A stretch of 59,351 bases of DNA from an uncultured Eubacteriales bacterium. Lineage in GTDB: Bacteria > Bacillota > Clostridia > Oscillospirales > QAKW01. The notes below the pieces were generated by a model. That model made no database searches, was not told the DNA's origin, and saw only the letters and a program-made list of their open reading frames with translations. The stretch lies in assembly GCA_902492505.1 (NCBI GenBank), contig CABULU010000004.1, positions 1 through 59,351 of the forward strand. Direction: 5' to 3'. A program made the translations under genes and the position numbers. This document shows positions 48,317 to 57,543 of the stretch, one piece after another; within the stretch, counting starts at the first letter, position 1; the number at the start of each line of letters is the position of its first letter.

Positions 48317-48666
48317 ATCTTTTGGTAGATATTTTGTTTGATTGAATTAATATTTCTATATGTTACTAATTTATTTTCCTCACCAGTAAGATTGAAAATA
48401 AGCTTTCTTTCTTTTGCTTGCTCATCTAGTTCAGATAAAAAAGACATCTTTTTTATTGTACTATTAGAAATCGATTCAATATTACAAAACAAATCATTAA
48501 TAGGTATATCCATCAATTTACAATATAATATTTTGATTTCTGTGGGAATTATCAACCTGTTATTCTCATATCCCATATATGTGTATACGCTTGTATTTAA
48601 TAATTTGGATAATGTTTTTTTTGATATACGTGCTTTTGAACGAAAAAAACAAAGATTATTGTCCAT
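48295..48666 (-). CDS. XRE-family HTH protein (start ambiguous: 48666 or TTG at 48678)
   Basis: ISKKTLSKLLNTSVYTYMGYENNRLIIP is an HTH_3-type pattern. Confidence 0.65.
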   Translation of the reverse strand: MDNNLCFFRSKARISKKTLSKLLNTSVYTYMGYENNRLIIPTEIKILYCKLMDIPINDLFCNIESISNSTIKKMSFLSELDEQAKERKLIFNLTGEENKLVTYRNINSIKQNIYQKIKDKEVP

Positions 48667-48805
48667 TCTCCACCCCAAATAATTATTAAAATAAATTTTA
48701 TTCTACTCCAACTCATACAAATTGTCAAGTTTAGTACAGATGTATCTGTTAAAACTTTTGTACGAGTTTATACTAATTGTATAACTCATATAAGGGGCAC
48801 TAAAA

Positions 48806-49126
48806 ATGACATCAAGAATAGGAAAAATAATTAAAACATATAGGAAGGAAAAAGGATATACGCAATTTCAAATGGCAGAAAAAATTGGTGTCAGTGAATT
48901 CTATATTTCGGCTTTAGAAACCGGTAATAGAAAACCAGGTCGAAATACGTTAATAAAATTATCAAACGAAATGAATATGCCTATAGAAGCTTTATTAGAA
49001 TTGGAGACAAACCAAAGTATAAAGTATGAGGCTGAAGAAATATATAACAAAATTAATTCTTTATCCCCGGAATTACAAAAGAAAATTATTAATATAATTG
49101 ATTTTATTATTGATGAATTGAAATGA
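48806..49126 (+). CDS. XRE-family HTH transcriptional regulator
   Basis: IIKTYRKEKGYTQFQMAEKIGVSEFYISALETGNRKP is a canonical Cro/C1-type HTH. Confidence 0.78.
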   Translation: MTSRIGKIIKTYRKEKGYTQFQMAEKIGVSEFYISALETGNRKPGRNTLIKLSNEMNMPIEALLELETNQSIKYEAEEIYNKINSLSPELQKKIINIIDFIIDELK

Positions 49127-49130
49127 TATA

Positions 49131-49559
49131 TTAATGAGTTTCCTTTATGCTAATTTTATCGGATGCATGATCTTCTTCCAATTGGTTTCTGATGTATTCT
49201 TCAATAATTCTTTTGTTTTTTCCCTATCGTATCTACATAATATCCTCTACACCAGAAGTTTCTACTTCCATACTTGTATTTCAAATTTGCATGTCGATCA
49301 AAGATCGTTAGCGAACTTTTTTCCTTGAGAAATCCCATATATTGTGCTACACTTAAATACGGTGGTATCGTTACAAGCATGTGTATATGATCTATACATG
49401 TTTCTGCTTCAATAATTTCCACACCTTTTGTTCGCACAATTTTCTTAATATTTCTCCTGTGTCTTTTCGCAATCGTCCATATATTTCTTTTCTCCGATAT
49501 TTCGGTGCAAATACTATATGATATTGGCATCGGTAATTTGAATGGGCTATGCGTTTCAT
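49131..49559 (-). pseudogene. tnpA: IS200/IS605-family Y1 (HUH) transposase tnpA, with two frameshifts
   Basis: Three frame segments: MKRIAHSNYRCQYHIVFAPKYRRKEIYGRLRKD..., then GVEIIEAETCIDHIHMLVTIPP...FWCRGYYVDTIG, then EYIRNQLEEDHASDKISIKETH. The shifts lie in A-runs near 49425 and 49205. Confidence 0.78.
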
Positions 49560-49574
49560 TTGTTTAAAACCTCC

Positions 49575-50615
49575 ATGATTTTCTTCGCAGAAAATTTAAA
49601 TTTTGAGGCGGTAGACTTTTTTGATGTAAAATATCTTGGTAACGTCGGAAAAGAACTAACTGAATTTGGAATAAAAAACAAAATCAGCACAAAAACTATT
49701 AAAAATTTTGATAATATAAATTGGAATGATGATTTTGACACTTTTATTTTAGGTCATATCAAAAAAATTGAATTCATGCTACCACAATTGCATAATTACA
49801 CAAATAGAATTATAAGTAAATGTTTAAAATATAAAAAAAATCTATTTTTATTTGAAAAAGATTTTATTACACCTGAAATAGAACGTGAATTTGAGAAGAA
49901 TAATGTATGTTTATATTATCCTGAGATAACTCAAGCAAACATACCTATAGATACAGTAGGCAAACTATATATGTCATGTATACCTTCTATTGCAGTATTT
50001 GGTACAAGTTCAAAGCAAGGTAAATTTACATTACAACTAAATTTACGCAAAGAATTTATAAAAAATAATTATAAAGTGGGTCAAATTGGAACTGAACCTT
50101 CATCGCTACTTTTTGGTTTTGATTACGTATATCCACTTGGATATAATTCTCATAATTCATTAACTGGACATGATTCTATATTGGCACTAAATAACTTTTT
50201 AATGAAAATTGAAACCGAAAAAGAACCAGACATTATTATAATAGGTTCACAATCTCATACAGTACCTATAAACATAAATAACATTTCCAATATTCCTATT
50301 TATCAACAGGATATTTTATATGCTATAAAACCAGATATATGTTTACTTTGTGTAAATATATCTGATGAAATAGAATATATAGAAAAAAATATAATGTTTT
50401 TAGAATCAATAGCCAATAGTAAGGTTTTGGCTTTAATAATCTCACCAATAAAAAACATATATCGATGGACTACGATTGGAAATGAAATAATTTCAAATTC
50501 AAAAGAAAGTATAAGAAAATTCAAAAGAAAGTGTTCGAATTTGAAAATACCAATATATGAGATTAATGAATGCCATGATTTATTTGAACACATAATAAAT
50601 TATTTAAGTGAGTGA
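49575..50615 (+). CDS. Free-standing paralog of the peptide-maturation-system domain (no S8 domain); 5' end abuts the IS200 remnant
   Basis: VFGTSSKQGKFTLQLNLRKEFIKNNYKVGQIGTEPS and flanking blocks align with residues from about 280 onward of the 40999-42819 fusion. The true start is unclear (49542 or 49575). Confidence 0.6.
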   Translation: MIFFAENLNFEAVDFFDVKYLGNVGKELTEFGIKNKISTKTIKNFDNINWNDDFDTFILGHIKKIEFMLPQLHNYTNRIISKCLKYKKNLFLFEKDFITPEIEREFEKNNVCLYYPEITQANIPIDTVGKLYMSCIPSIAVFGTSSKQGKFTLQLNLRKEFIKNNYKVGQIGTEPSSLLFGFDYVYPLGYNSHNSLTGHDSILALNNFLMKIETEKEPDIIIIGSQSHTVPININNISNIPIYQQDILYAIKPDICLLCVNISDEIEYIEKNIMFLESIANSKVLALIISPIKNIYRWTTIGNEIISNSKESIRKFKRKCSNLKIPIYEINECHDLFEHIINYLSE

Positions 50616-50619
50616 TTTT

Positions 50620-52404
50620 ATGAAAAATGCATTTAAAAACAACTTTAAACTTTTAAAGTATTTATGGGATTTTACGCCTAGTTTAATTATTTGGAAAATA
50701 GCGCTAATGCTTTCCAATGTATTTATTAATGTGATCTTTAATGTGATTTTTATTCAATATTTAGTTGAATCTATGGAGCGTGCCACAGATTTTAAACATG
50801 TTATACTAGTCATTTTATTCATCGCTATTCTAATGCTTATCAGTTCAATTTTAGATAGTTTTTTTGAGCGTTATGTTGAACCGATAGCTAAAAAAAAGAT
50901 ACATAAGGGAATGCATAGCATTATATTTAATAAAGTTGTACAAATAGACCTAGAACAATACGATAATGCTGATTTTTACAATGACTATATATGGGCTTTA
51001 AATGAAATTGACAACAAAACTATTAAATCTTTTTATATACTTATAGATTTTGTCAAAGCATTACTAACAGCATTTTCAATGATGGTTATTGCTACAACAC
51101 TAGATAGATTCATGTTAATATTTGTGATCATACCGATAATGTCAAGCGTTATTTCAAGTACATTAATAAATAAAGTGAATTACAAATACTCAGAAGAATC
51201 AAATTCAATAAATAGGAAAAAATCCTATTCGAAAAGAGTATTTTACTTGCAACAATATGCCAAGGAATTAAGAACGTCAAAAATCAAAAAACTTATTTTC
51301 AACAATTTTAATGACTCTGTAGAAAAAGATGTGACAATATGGAAAAAATATTGGAAAAAACTCATGGGACTTTCTATCATACAGAAGAATTCACAAACAT
51401 TATTTGGTTTTATTCTAATGTCAATATATTTATCTTTTAGAATAATTGTACAAAAAGCTTTTGCAGCTAGTACGTTTATAGCTTTATTTAATGCAGTTAA
51501 TAACTTGATTCATTCTATTAGTTCAATGTTTTCTGTTGTTCCTAAGATATATCAAAATGGTTTATATGCCGAAAAAATATTTAATATAATTGATTATAAT
51601 AGTAATATTGAAGTTGATTCTGGAGAAAAAGCAGGTGATTTTAAATATATTGAATTTAAAAACGTGGATTTTAAATATCCAAAGTCCAAAGACAATGTAT
51701 TAAACAATATAAACTTTTCAATACACAAAGGCGAAAAAGTTGCATTTGTTGGAATAAATGGTGTCGGTAAAACAACGTTAGTTAATCTTATTATGGGATT
51801 ATATAAAGTGAAATCTGGAGAAATATTGTACAATGGCAAAACAATTGACCAATTAAACATATATGACTATAGAGATAAATTCGCTACAATTTTTCAGGAT
51901 TTTCAAATATATGCATTGACACTTGGCGAAAACATTTTGATGAAAAAAACAACAAGTGAATCCGACGAAATAATATCAGAAGTTTTGTCAGAAAGTTATT
52001 TACCTGAATTAAAAGATAAAATACACAGAAATTTAACCAAGGAATTTGATAATGATGGATTGATTTTATCTGGTGGTCAAAAACAAAAAGTTGCTATTGC
52101 AAGGGCACTAATTAAAAAATCGAAAATAATAATTATGGATGAGCCCTCAAGTTCATTAGATCCAATTTCAGAAAATTCAATAATGAATACAATAATATCA
52201 AATTATAATAATGAAACGATTATACTTATTTCTCATAGATTATCTAATATAAAAAATGTAGATCGTATTTATTTTTTACATAATGGATCCATAACAGAAG
52301 AAGGGAGCCACGAACAATTAATGCAAAAGAAAGGGCGATACTATAAGATGTATAATATTCAAGCGCAAAAATATAGTGAAGGAGATAAATATAATGAAGA
52401 ATAA
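50620..52404 (+). CDS. ABC exporter half-transporter (TMD-NBD), third copy
   Basis: Walker A GINGVGKTT, signature LSGGQKQK, Walker B IIIMDEPSS. Confidence 0.85.
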   Translation: MKNAFKNNFKLLKYLWDFTPSLIIWKIALMLSNVFINVIFNVIFIQYLVESMERATDFKHVILVILFIAILMLISSILDSFFERYVEPIAKKKIHKGMHSIIFNKVVQIDLEQYDNADFYNDYIWALNEIDNKTIKSFYILIDFVKALLTAFSMMVIATTLDRFMLIFVIIPIMSSVISSTLINKVNYKYSEESNSINRKKSYSKRVFYLQQYAKELRTSKIKKLIFNNFNDSVEKDVTIWKKYWKKLMGLSIIQKNSQTLFGFILMSIYLSFRIIVQKAFAASTFIALFNAVNNLIHSISSMFSVVPKIYQNGLYAEKIFNIIDYNSNIEVDSGEKAGDFKYIEFKNVDFKYPKSKDNVLNNINFSIHKGEKVAFVGINGVGKTTLVNLIMGLYKVKSGEILYNGKTIDQLNIYDYRDKFATIFQDFQIYALTLGENILMKKTTSESDEIISEVLSESYLPELKDKIHRNLTKEFDNDGLILSGGQKQKVAIARALIKKSKIIIMDEPSSSLDPISENSIMNTIISNYNNETIILISHRLSNIKNVDRIYFLHNGSITEEGSHEQLMQKKGRYYKMYNIQAQKYSEGDKYNEE

Positions 52405-52879
52405 TGTAAAAATTATGGGATCAGGTGAAATAGTTGATTACGAATATTCACAAATTTTAGTTCATGGTAATTTGAAAGTAAAATCAAATATAATCTTCGA
52501 TCAGTTATATGTTTTTGGCTTTCTTAACAGTAATAGTATACTCGAAGGAGATGATGTTAAAATAACCGGTTCAATAAAAGGAAATTCCGTTTTACAAACG
52601 ACCAATTTTAAATGTGAATTTAGTTCCAATAGTAGTTGCAAATCAATTGTATCAAATGATATTTCAATTTTTCCTCAAAAAAGCATTTTTAAAAAAAATA
52701 TATTCTTTAAGTGTGATTCCATTATCGGGAAAAATATTTCTTTATCAAATATTATCTCCAAAACTATATCAGGAGAAAATGTATATATAAAAGGTAAATC
52801 GCATATTCAAGAGTTAAAATACTCTAAAACATATAAAATCTCGGATTCTTGTTTAGTAGATAAAATAGAAAAGATTTAG
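52394..52879 (+). CDS. Hypothetical protein with a repetitive beta-helix/bactofilin-like pattern
   Basis: GAAGGAG RBS. The sequence has repeated hydrophobic-x-G/N-x-hydrophobic stretches (ILVHGNLKV, VKITGSIKGNSVL). Assignment is weak. Confidence 0.4.
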   Translation: MKNNVKIMGSGEIVDYEYSQILVHGNLKVKSNIIFDQLYVFGFLNSNSILEGDDVKITGSIKGNSVLQTTNFKCEFSSNSSCKSIVSNDISIFPQKSIFKKNIFFKCDSIIGKNISLSNIISKTISGENVYIKGKSHIQELKYSKTYKISDSCLVDKIEKI

Positions 52880-53027
52880 CTTCCCAATAATATAAGAAGT
52901 CACTATTGTAATTTTTAACTATAATAATTTTTATGTAATTAAATATTATTTAATTTGATATTCCTTCTTATATTTGAATTATTAATTTTATGTATTTGTA
53001 TACATAACTAATATCGGAGAATTTTAC

Positions 53028-54068
53028 ATGAATACCAAGTTTAAAGAGATCATTTTACCTATTGAAAAAAAACCTGCCATCGTTTCTAAAAACATACATG
53101 CAATACGTTTAAGTATAATCCAAAAATGTGATGAGCAAGGTATAAACTATGTATATAACAATTATATACAACTTTTTTTTAAAATTGAAAAAAAAGGACA
53201 AGCCACTTTTGATTATGTATTTCCAAAATATAAAGATCTTTCTACTTTTCGAACTTGCAGTGTAGATAAACCTACTTTTACAATTAACAGTATCAACATT
53301 AAGAATTTTATTATAAGAGGGTTACTTTGTAAGAAATATATTATTACAAGTGTAGATGAATATTATATTCCCAATAGACCAGCCTATAATAAGTTTAATT
53401 TTGGTCATGATGTGCTACTTTATGGATACGATTCTCAAAATAATATATTTCACATTATAGGTTATACAGATAGTGGCTATTACCAGCCGTCAACCATAAA
53501 CTGTGACGAGTTTGTAATTGCTTATCTCAATTCATATGGTAACAAATCAATTGAGCTTGTTGAAACAGTATCATACTATCACCATAGAATAGAAAAAGAT
53601 TTAATTATAGCTTCACTTGAAGATTACATTAACTCAGGTAATAAATCTAGATTATTTGATAAATCCAAATGGTTAGAAGATGGCGAAACTTACGGTATAG
53701 AAACACTTGATAAAGTCAAAACTTATTTAAACGATGTTGCTAATAGTCAAATTAATAGTGATAAACGGATATTATATACTTTAATGGAGCACAAAAAAAT
53801 CATGTTAGATCGATATAAACATTTACTTGACTATAAAATTATACATGAAAATAAAGAAATCGAAAAGATGCTATGTGAAATCTATGATAAATCACGTATT
53901 AGTTTCAACTTGTTTTTAAAATACCTTATTTCCGAAGATATTTCCATACTATCACGGATTGGAAAAATTATAGATTGCATAAAAAGCATTGAAATCAAGG
54001 TCATTCCTCAATTCATTAATATCATTAAACGAGGTGTGGAAGATGAAAGTACTGAATATTCCATATGA
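53028..54068 (+). CDS. Hypothetical protein, possibly BtrH_N-like (papain-fold) domain
   Basis: VDEYYIPNRPAYNKFNFGHDVLLYGYDSQNNIFHI resembles, from memory, the BtrH_N/C39-like His-containing block. No search was possible. Confidence 0.35.
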   Translation: MNTKFKEIILPIEKKPAIVSKNIHAIRLSIIQKCDEQGINYVYNNYIQLFFKIEKKGQATFDYVFPKYKDLSTFRTCSVDKPTFTINSINIKNFIIRGLLCKKYIITSVDEYYIPNRPAYNKFNFGHDVLLYGYDSQNNIFHIIGYTDSGYYQPSTINCDEFVIAYLNSYGNKSIELVETVSYYHHRIEKDLIIASLEDYINSGNKSRLFDKSKWLEDGETYGIETLDKVKTYLNDVANSQINSDKRILYTLMEHKKIMLDRYKHLLDYKIIHENKEIEKMLCEIYDKSRISFNLFLKYLISEDISILSRIGKIIDCIKSIEIKVIPQFINIIKRGVEDESTEYSI

Positions 54069-54672
54069 ATCAAATCTAATTTGCAAACAAATCCAAACCT
54101 ATATCAATACATATAAATTCACAGAAGAATCCACAGGCCCTAATGTCGATATATATTCATGTCATGATTCTGAAAAATTAAAATTTAAATTCACTATTCA
54201 CGAGCCAATATGTGAAGTGAAGAATTTTCATCCGAATTTTCCAGAAGAGATAAATAAAGATTCAACTGTTGGAATTATCCTTCAACCATATTTACCGGAT
54301 CCCAGAAATATGATACTTAGAATAAATGCTGCAGGTGCATATTTTATGTCATTTGGTCAGTGGTATTGGAACCGAGCAAATTGTACTTTTGAAAGAAATG
54401 ATTTTATTAAAATAACAAATAATTATGATCAACTAATTTTAAAGCATTCACCATTTTGGGAAATATCTGTTGAAATATCATTACCGTTATTGTTTAGATT
54501 TATAAATCTAACTGATTGGAAATATACTCATGGTATGAGTATGAGAGGGAATTTTTTAAAAATTAAAAAAACTCCTAGTGACAATAGCCATTTTGGAATG
54601 TGGAATGAAGTTGAACGCAATACTTTTGATTGCTATAAGTCAACTAATTTAGGTGAATTTATTTTAGAGTAA
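54043..54672 (+). CDS. Hypothetical protein, possibly carbohydrate-binding family 9-like fold
   Basis: GAGGTG RBS and a 26-nt overlap with the upstream gene. The C-terminal ...HFGMWNEV...LGEFILE weakly resembles CBM9-like proteins. Confidence 0.3.
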   Translation: MKVLNIPYESNLICKQIQTYINTYKFTEESTGPNVDIYSCHDSEKLKFKFTIHEPICEVKNFHPNFPEEINKDSTVGIILQPYLPDPRNMILRINAAGAYFMSFGQWYWNRANCTFERNDFIKITNNYDQLILKHSPFWEISVEISLPLLFRFINLTDWKYTHGMSMRGNFLKIKKTPSDNSHFGMWNEVERNTFDCYKSTNLGEFILE

Positions 54673-54688
54673 AATCGGAGGAAATAAA

Positions 54689-57307
54689 ATGTTTAAAGTT
54701 AGTGTTGTTATTCCTATCTGGAATGTTGAAGATTATTTGGCTGATGCTATAGATAGTGTCATAAATCAGACTTGTGGCTTTGAAGAAAACATTGAGTTGA
54801 TACTCGTTAATGACGGTAGCCCTGACAACTGTGATGTGTTCTGCCGTGATTATTTGAGAAAATATCCCGATAACATCATATATATCAATCAAGAAAATCA
54901 GGGACTTAGTGCTGCGAGAAATTCCGCATTGGAAGTTGCAACTTGTGATTACATTGCGTTTTTAGATAGTGATGATAAGTTTGCAGAGAATTATATTGAA
55001 TGCGGTTTGCATTTTTTCGAAAAATATGGAGATGCTGTTGATTTTGTTTCCTTTCCTCTTTATCTCTTTGAAAATGTCACAAGTCATGATCACATACTAA
55101 ATAGAAAATTTACAGAAACAAGAATCATTGACATCGATGAAGAACACAAATCAATTCAGGTACATATAGCAAGTACTTTAATAAAGCGCGATGCAATAAT
55201 AAACAAAAGATTCAATACGAAGCTTACATATGCAGAAGATGGAGAAATGCTCCATCGTATATTATTAGATAAACGCAAGTATGGTGTCTGCGTAGAAAGT
55301 CGCCTTTATTATCGAAAAAGATGGAAAGGCAATTCTGCAATTCAGGTGTGTAATAAAAAGGTTGGATGGTATGAAAAATTACTTGTATTACCTAAGCTTT
55401 TAATTGAGCAAGATTTAAATAAATACGGACAAGTTACAAAGTACACACAGTTTCAAATTATTTACGATACACAGTGGTACAAGCTTGACAGTATTCCAAA
55501 TTCAATAAAAGAGCAAATCGATCTTAATTCTTTGTACGATGAATTAGAATGGATTATGCAATACATTGATGTTGATATAATCAAGGCTGCAACACATATA
55601 AATTTTTGGCACAAATATTACTTGCGTAAAGTTAAGCATAAAATGGATGCCACATTAAAAGTCGGCTCCGATGGTGTTCCTGCATTTTATTTTGAAGAAG
55701 ATTTTTTTCAAAATATTCGTCCTGGCATTTGGATATCGCTTATTGAAGAATGTAACGGAAGCATCAATATCGGTGGTTATTATACTTTTTCATCATATGA
55801 AGGTTTGTCGCTTGTTGCCAAGTATCGCGATGAAACATATATCGCTGAGACTTTCCACCAAAGACAAAGGGATATATTCTTTTTAGGTAGACCAGTACTT
55901 GAATCTAAATCATTTATTTTGAACATCCCATATGCCAGTGAGGGTGAGATTGAATTTCTAATTCACTCAGAAGAATATGGAGATTTTCCCACAAAACTTG
56001 AAACTTGTTATTCATCAAGACTTAGAAAACAAGAAGGTGCTTTTGTTCTTGGTGACAATTCAATAATCAGAAGAACTGATTCTAAAAATATTTTGTCAGT
56101 AGCACCTCTTTCGTTTGAATTATTAAAAGAATGTCTAAATAAGTTTGTGAAATCAAATTTTGTACATCCATATTTCGAAGAAGAAATATCGCTGCTTGCT
56201 GATTACATAAAACTATATCCCACCATGTCCGAAAAAAACATTTGGCTTTATATGGATCGTCATGATAAAGCGGATGATAATGCCGAGCACTTATTCAGAT
56301 ATAGTGCCGATATAAATGACGAAGTAGAAAGATATTTTGTTGTCGGCAAAAATTCTCCCGATAAGAAACGTTTGAAAAAATATGGTAATGTTGTTGATTA
56401 TGGCTCACGTGAGCATAAACTTCTGGCTCTTTTCGCAAAAAAATACATCACATCAAACTTTGACTTTTTACGTCAATATCCTTTTGGAGAAAAAGATAAA
56501 ATCGAAATGTTCCAGGGCCTTGTTAAAAGTCAGTTTATATTCTTACAACACGGCATTACAAAAGATGATATGTCACAATATTTTGATCGACTTATTAAAA
56601 ACTTCAAACTACTTATAACAGCAAATTCTATGGAATATAATTCGATAATAAATACCGAAAGTTATGGTTACACTGAAGAGCAAGTTAAGCTTACCGGTTT
56701 TGCGAGATATGATAATTTGTATGATTCGCGCAAAAAACAGATAGTGTTTATGCCGACATGGCGTAATACACTTTTGTCAACAAGTGAACTCAATTATCAA
56801 TACAACGAGGCTTTTAAATATACTGATTATTTTAAAGTTCTTTCAGAATTTATTAACGATACAAAACTTATTGAAGCTACAAAAGAACATGGTTATGAGT
56901 TAGTGTTTAGACCTCACCCAAACGTGTATGCACAGGTGGAAGATTTTAAACTCGACGATAGTATCATGTTGTCTGCATTTGAAACATCTTACCAGAAAAT
57001 CTTTGCGGACGCTTCTTTGATAATTACGGATTACTCATCAGCGATATTTGACTATGCTTATTTGAAAAAACCTGTATTGTATTATCATTTCGATGAAGGT
57101 CAGTACGAAAAAGGATATTTTGATTATGAAACAATGGGATTTGGTGAAATTGCAAAAACCAAAGACGAGTTGGTATCATTAGTAATTGAGTATATGAAAT
57201 CATCTTGTAAAATGAAAGAAAAGTATATAAATAGAGTTGATAAGTTCTTTACGTACAAGGACGCAAACAACTGTAAAAGAATTCATGATGAAATAAGTAA
57301 GTTATGA
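54689..57307 (+). CDS. Bifunctional GT2 glycosyltransferase / CDP-glycerol glycerophosphotransferase (TagF/TarF-like)
   Basis: N-terminal GT2 motifs (VSVVIPIWNVEDYL, LVNDGSPDN, FLDSDD). C-terminal TagF-type motifs (FMPTWRN, FRPHPNV, ITDYSSAIFDYAYLKKPVLYY). Confidence 0.85.
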   Translation: MFKVSVVIPIWNVEDYLADAIDSVINQTCGFEENIELILVNDGSPDNCDVFCRDYLRKYPDNIIYINQENQGLSAARNSALEVATCDYIAFLDSDDKFAENYIECGLHFFEKYGDAVDFVSFPLYLFENVTSHDHILNRKFTETRIIDIDEEHKSIQVHIASTLIKRDAIINKRFNTKLTYAEDGEMLHRILLDKRKYGVCVESRLYYRKRWKGNSAIQVCNKKVGWYEKLLVLPKLLIEQDLNKYGQVTKYTQFQIIYDTQWYKLDSIPNSIKEQIDLNSLYDELEWIMQYIDVDIIKAATHINFWHKYYLRKVKHKMDATLKVGSDGVPAFYFEEDFFQNIRPGIWISLIEECNGSINIGGYYTFSSYEGLSLVAKYRDETYIAETFHQRQRDIFFLGRPVLESKSFILNIPYASEGEIEFLIHSEEYGDFPTKLETCYSSRLRKQEGAFVLGDNSIIRRTDSKNILSVAPLSFELLKECLNKFVKSNFVHPYFEEEISLLADYIKLYPTMSEKNIWLYMDRHDKADDNAEHLFRYSADINDEVERYFVVGKNSPDKKRLKKYGNVVDYGSREHKLLALFAKKYITSNFDFLRQYPFGEKDKIEMFQGLVKSQFIFLQHGITKDDMSQYFDRLIKNFKLLITANSMEYNSIINTESYGYTEEQVKLTGFARYDNLYDSRKKQIVFMPTWRNTLLSTSELNYQYNEAFKYTDYFKVLSEFINDTKLIEATKEHGYELVFRPHPNVYAQVEDFKLDDSIMLSAFETSYQKIFADASLIITDYSSAIFDYAYLKKPVLYYHFDEGQYEKGYFDYETMGFGEIAKTKDELVSLVIEYMKSSCKMKEKYINRVDKFFTYKDANNCKRIHDEISKL

Positions 57308-57319
57308 TTAATAGTCAAA

Positions 57320-57356
57320 AACAGCGACATCTCACGGTGCCGCTGTTCTTTTGTTT
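57320..57356. terminator. Probable bidirectional terminator at the right edge of the AT-rich island
   Basis: Stem aacagcg / cgctgtt with a 14-nt loop and a T-rich tail, between convergent genes. Confidence 0.45.
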
Positions 57357-57530
57357 TTATGCTACTTTTGCTTTAAAAGATTGTACTACAAGGTCATTTT
57401 CATTCAGAATATGCTCTTGGTTGTAATATTGTTACTCTACGATATATTTTGCTTCTTCTTTATTAATCGCTTTGACTTGTACTTTCCTTTGCAAAACCTC
57501 GGTTACGGTAACGGTATAGTCTTTTTCCAT
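57357..57530 (-). pseudogene. DpnD/PcfM-like small conjugative-element protein with an in-frame TAA at codon 33
   Basis: MEKDYTVTVTEVLQRKVQVKAINKEEAKYIVE*QYYNQEHILNENDLVVQSFKAKVA. GAGGTG RBS. The family call is from memory. Confidence 0.5.
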
Positions 57531-57543
57531 TATCACACCTCGC

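Larger units (their letters stand above)
36821..57356. other. AT-rich cargo island nested in the element (RiPP cluster, agr cassette, IS200 remnant, second maturation locus, teichoic-acid enzyme)
   Basis: Abrupt by-eye drop in GC and change of codon usage after 36820, with recovery after about 57350. Bounded by long non-coding AT-rich DNA on the left and a terminator on the right. Confidence 0.6.

Noticed and set aside
49134-49328. 64-aa plus-strand ORF and the first 11 codons of ORF 49542-50615
   Set aside because: Both lie antisense to, or within, the IS200-type tnpA remnant and are best explained as shadow frames. The maturation-domain homology only begins after about 49590.
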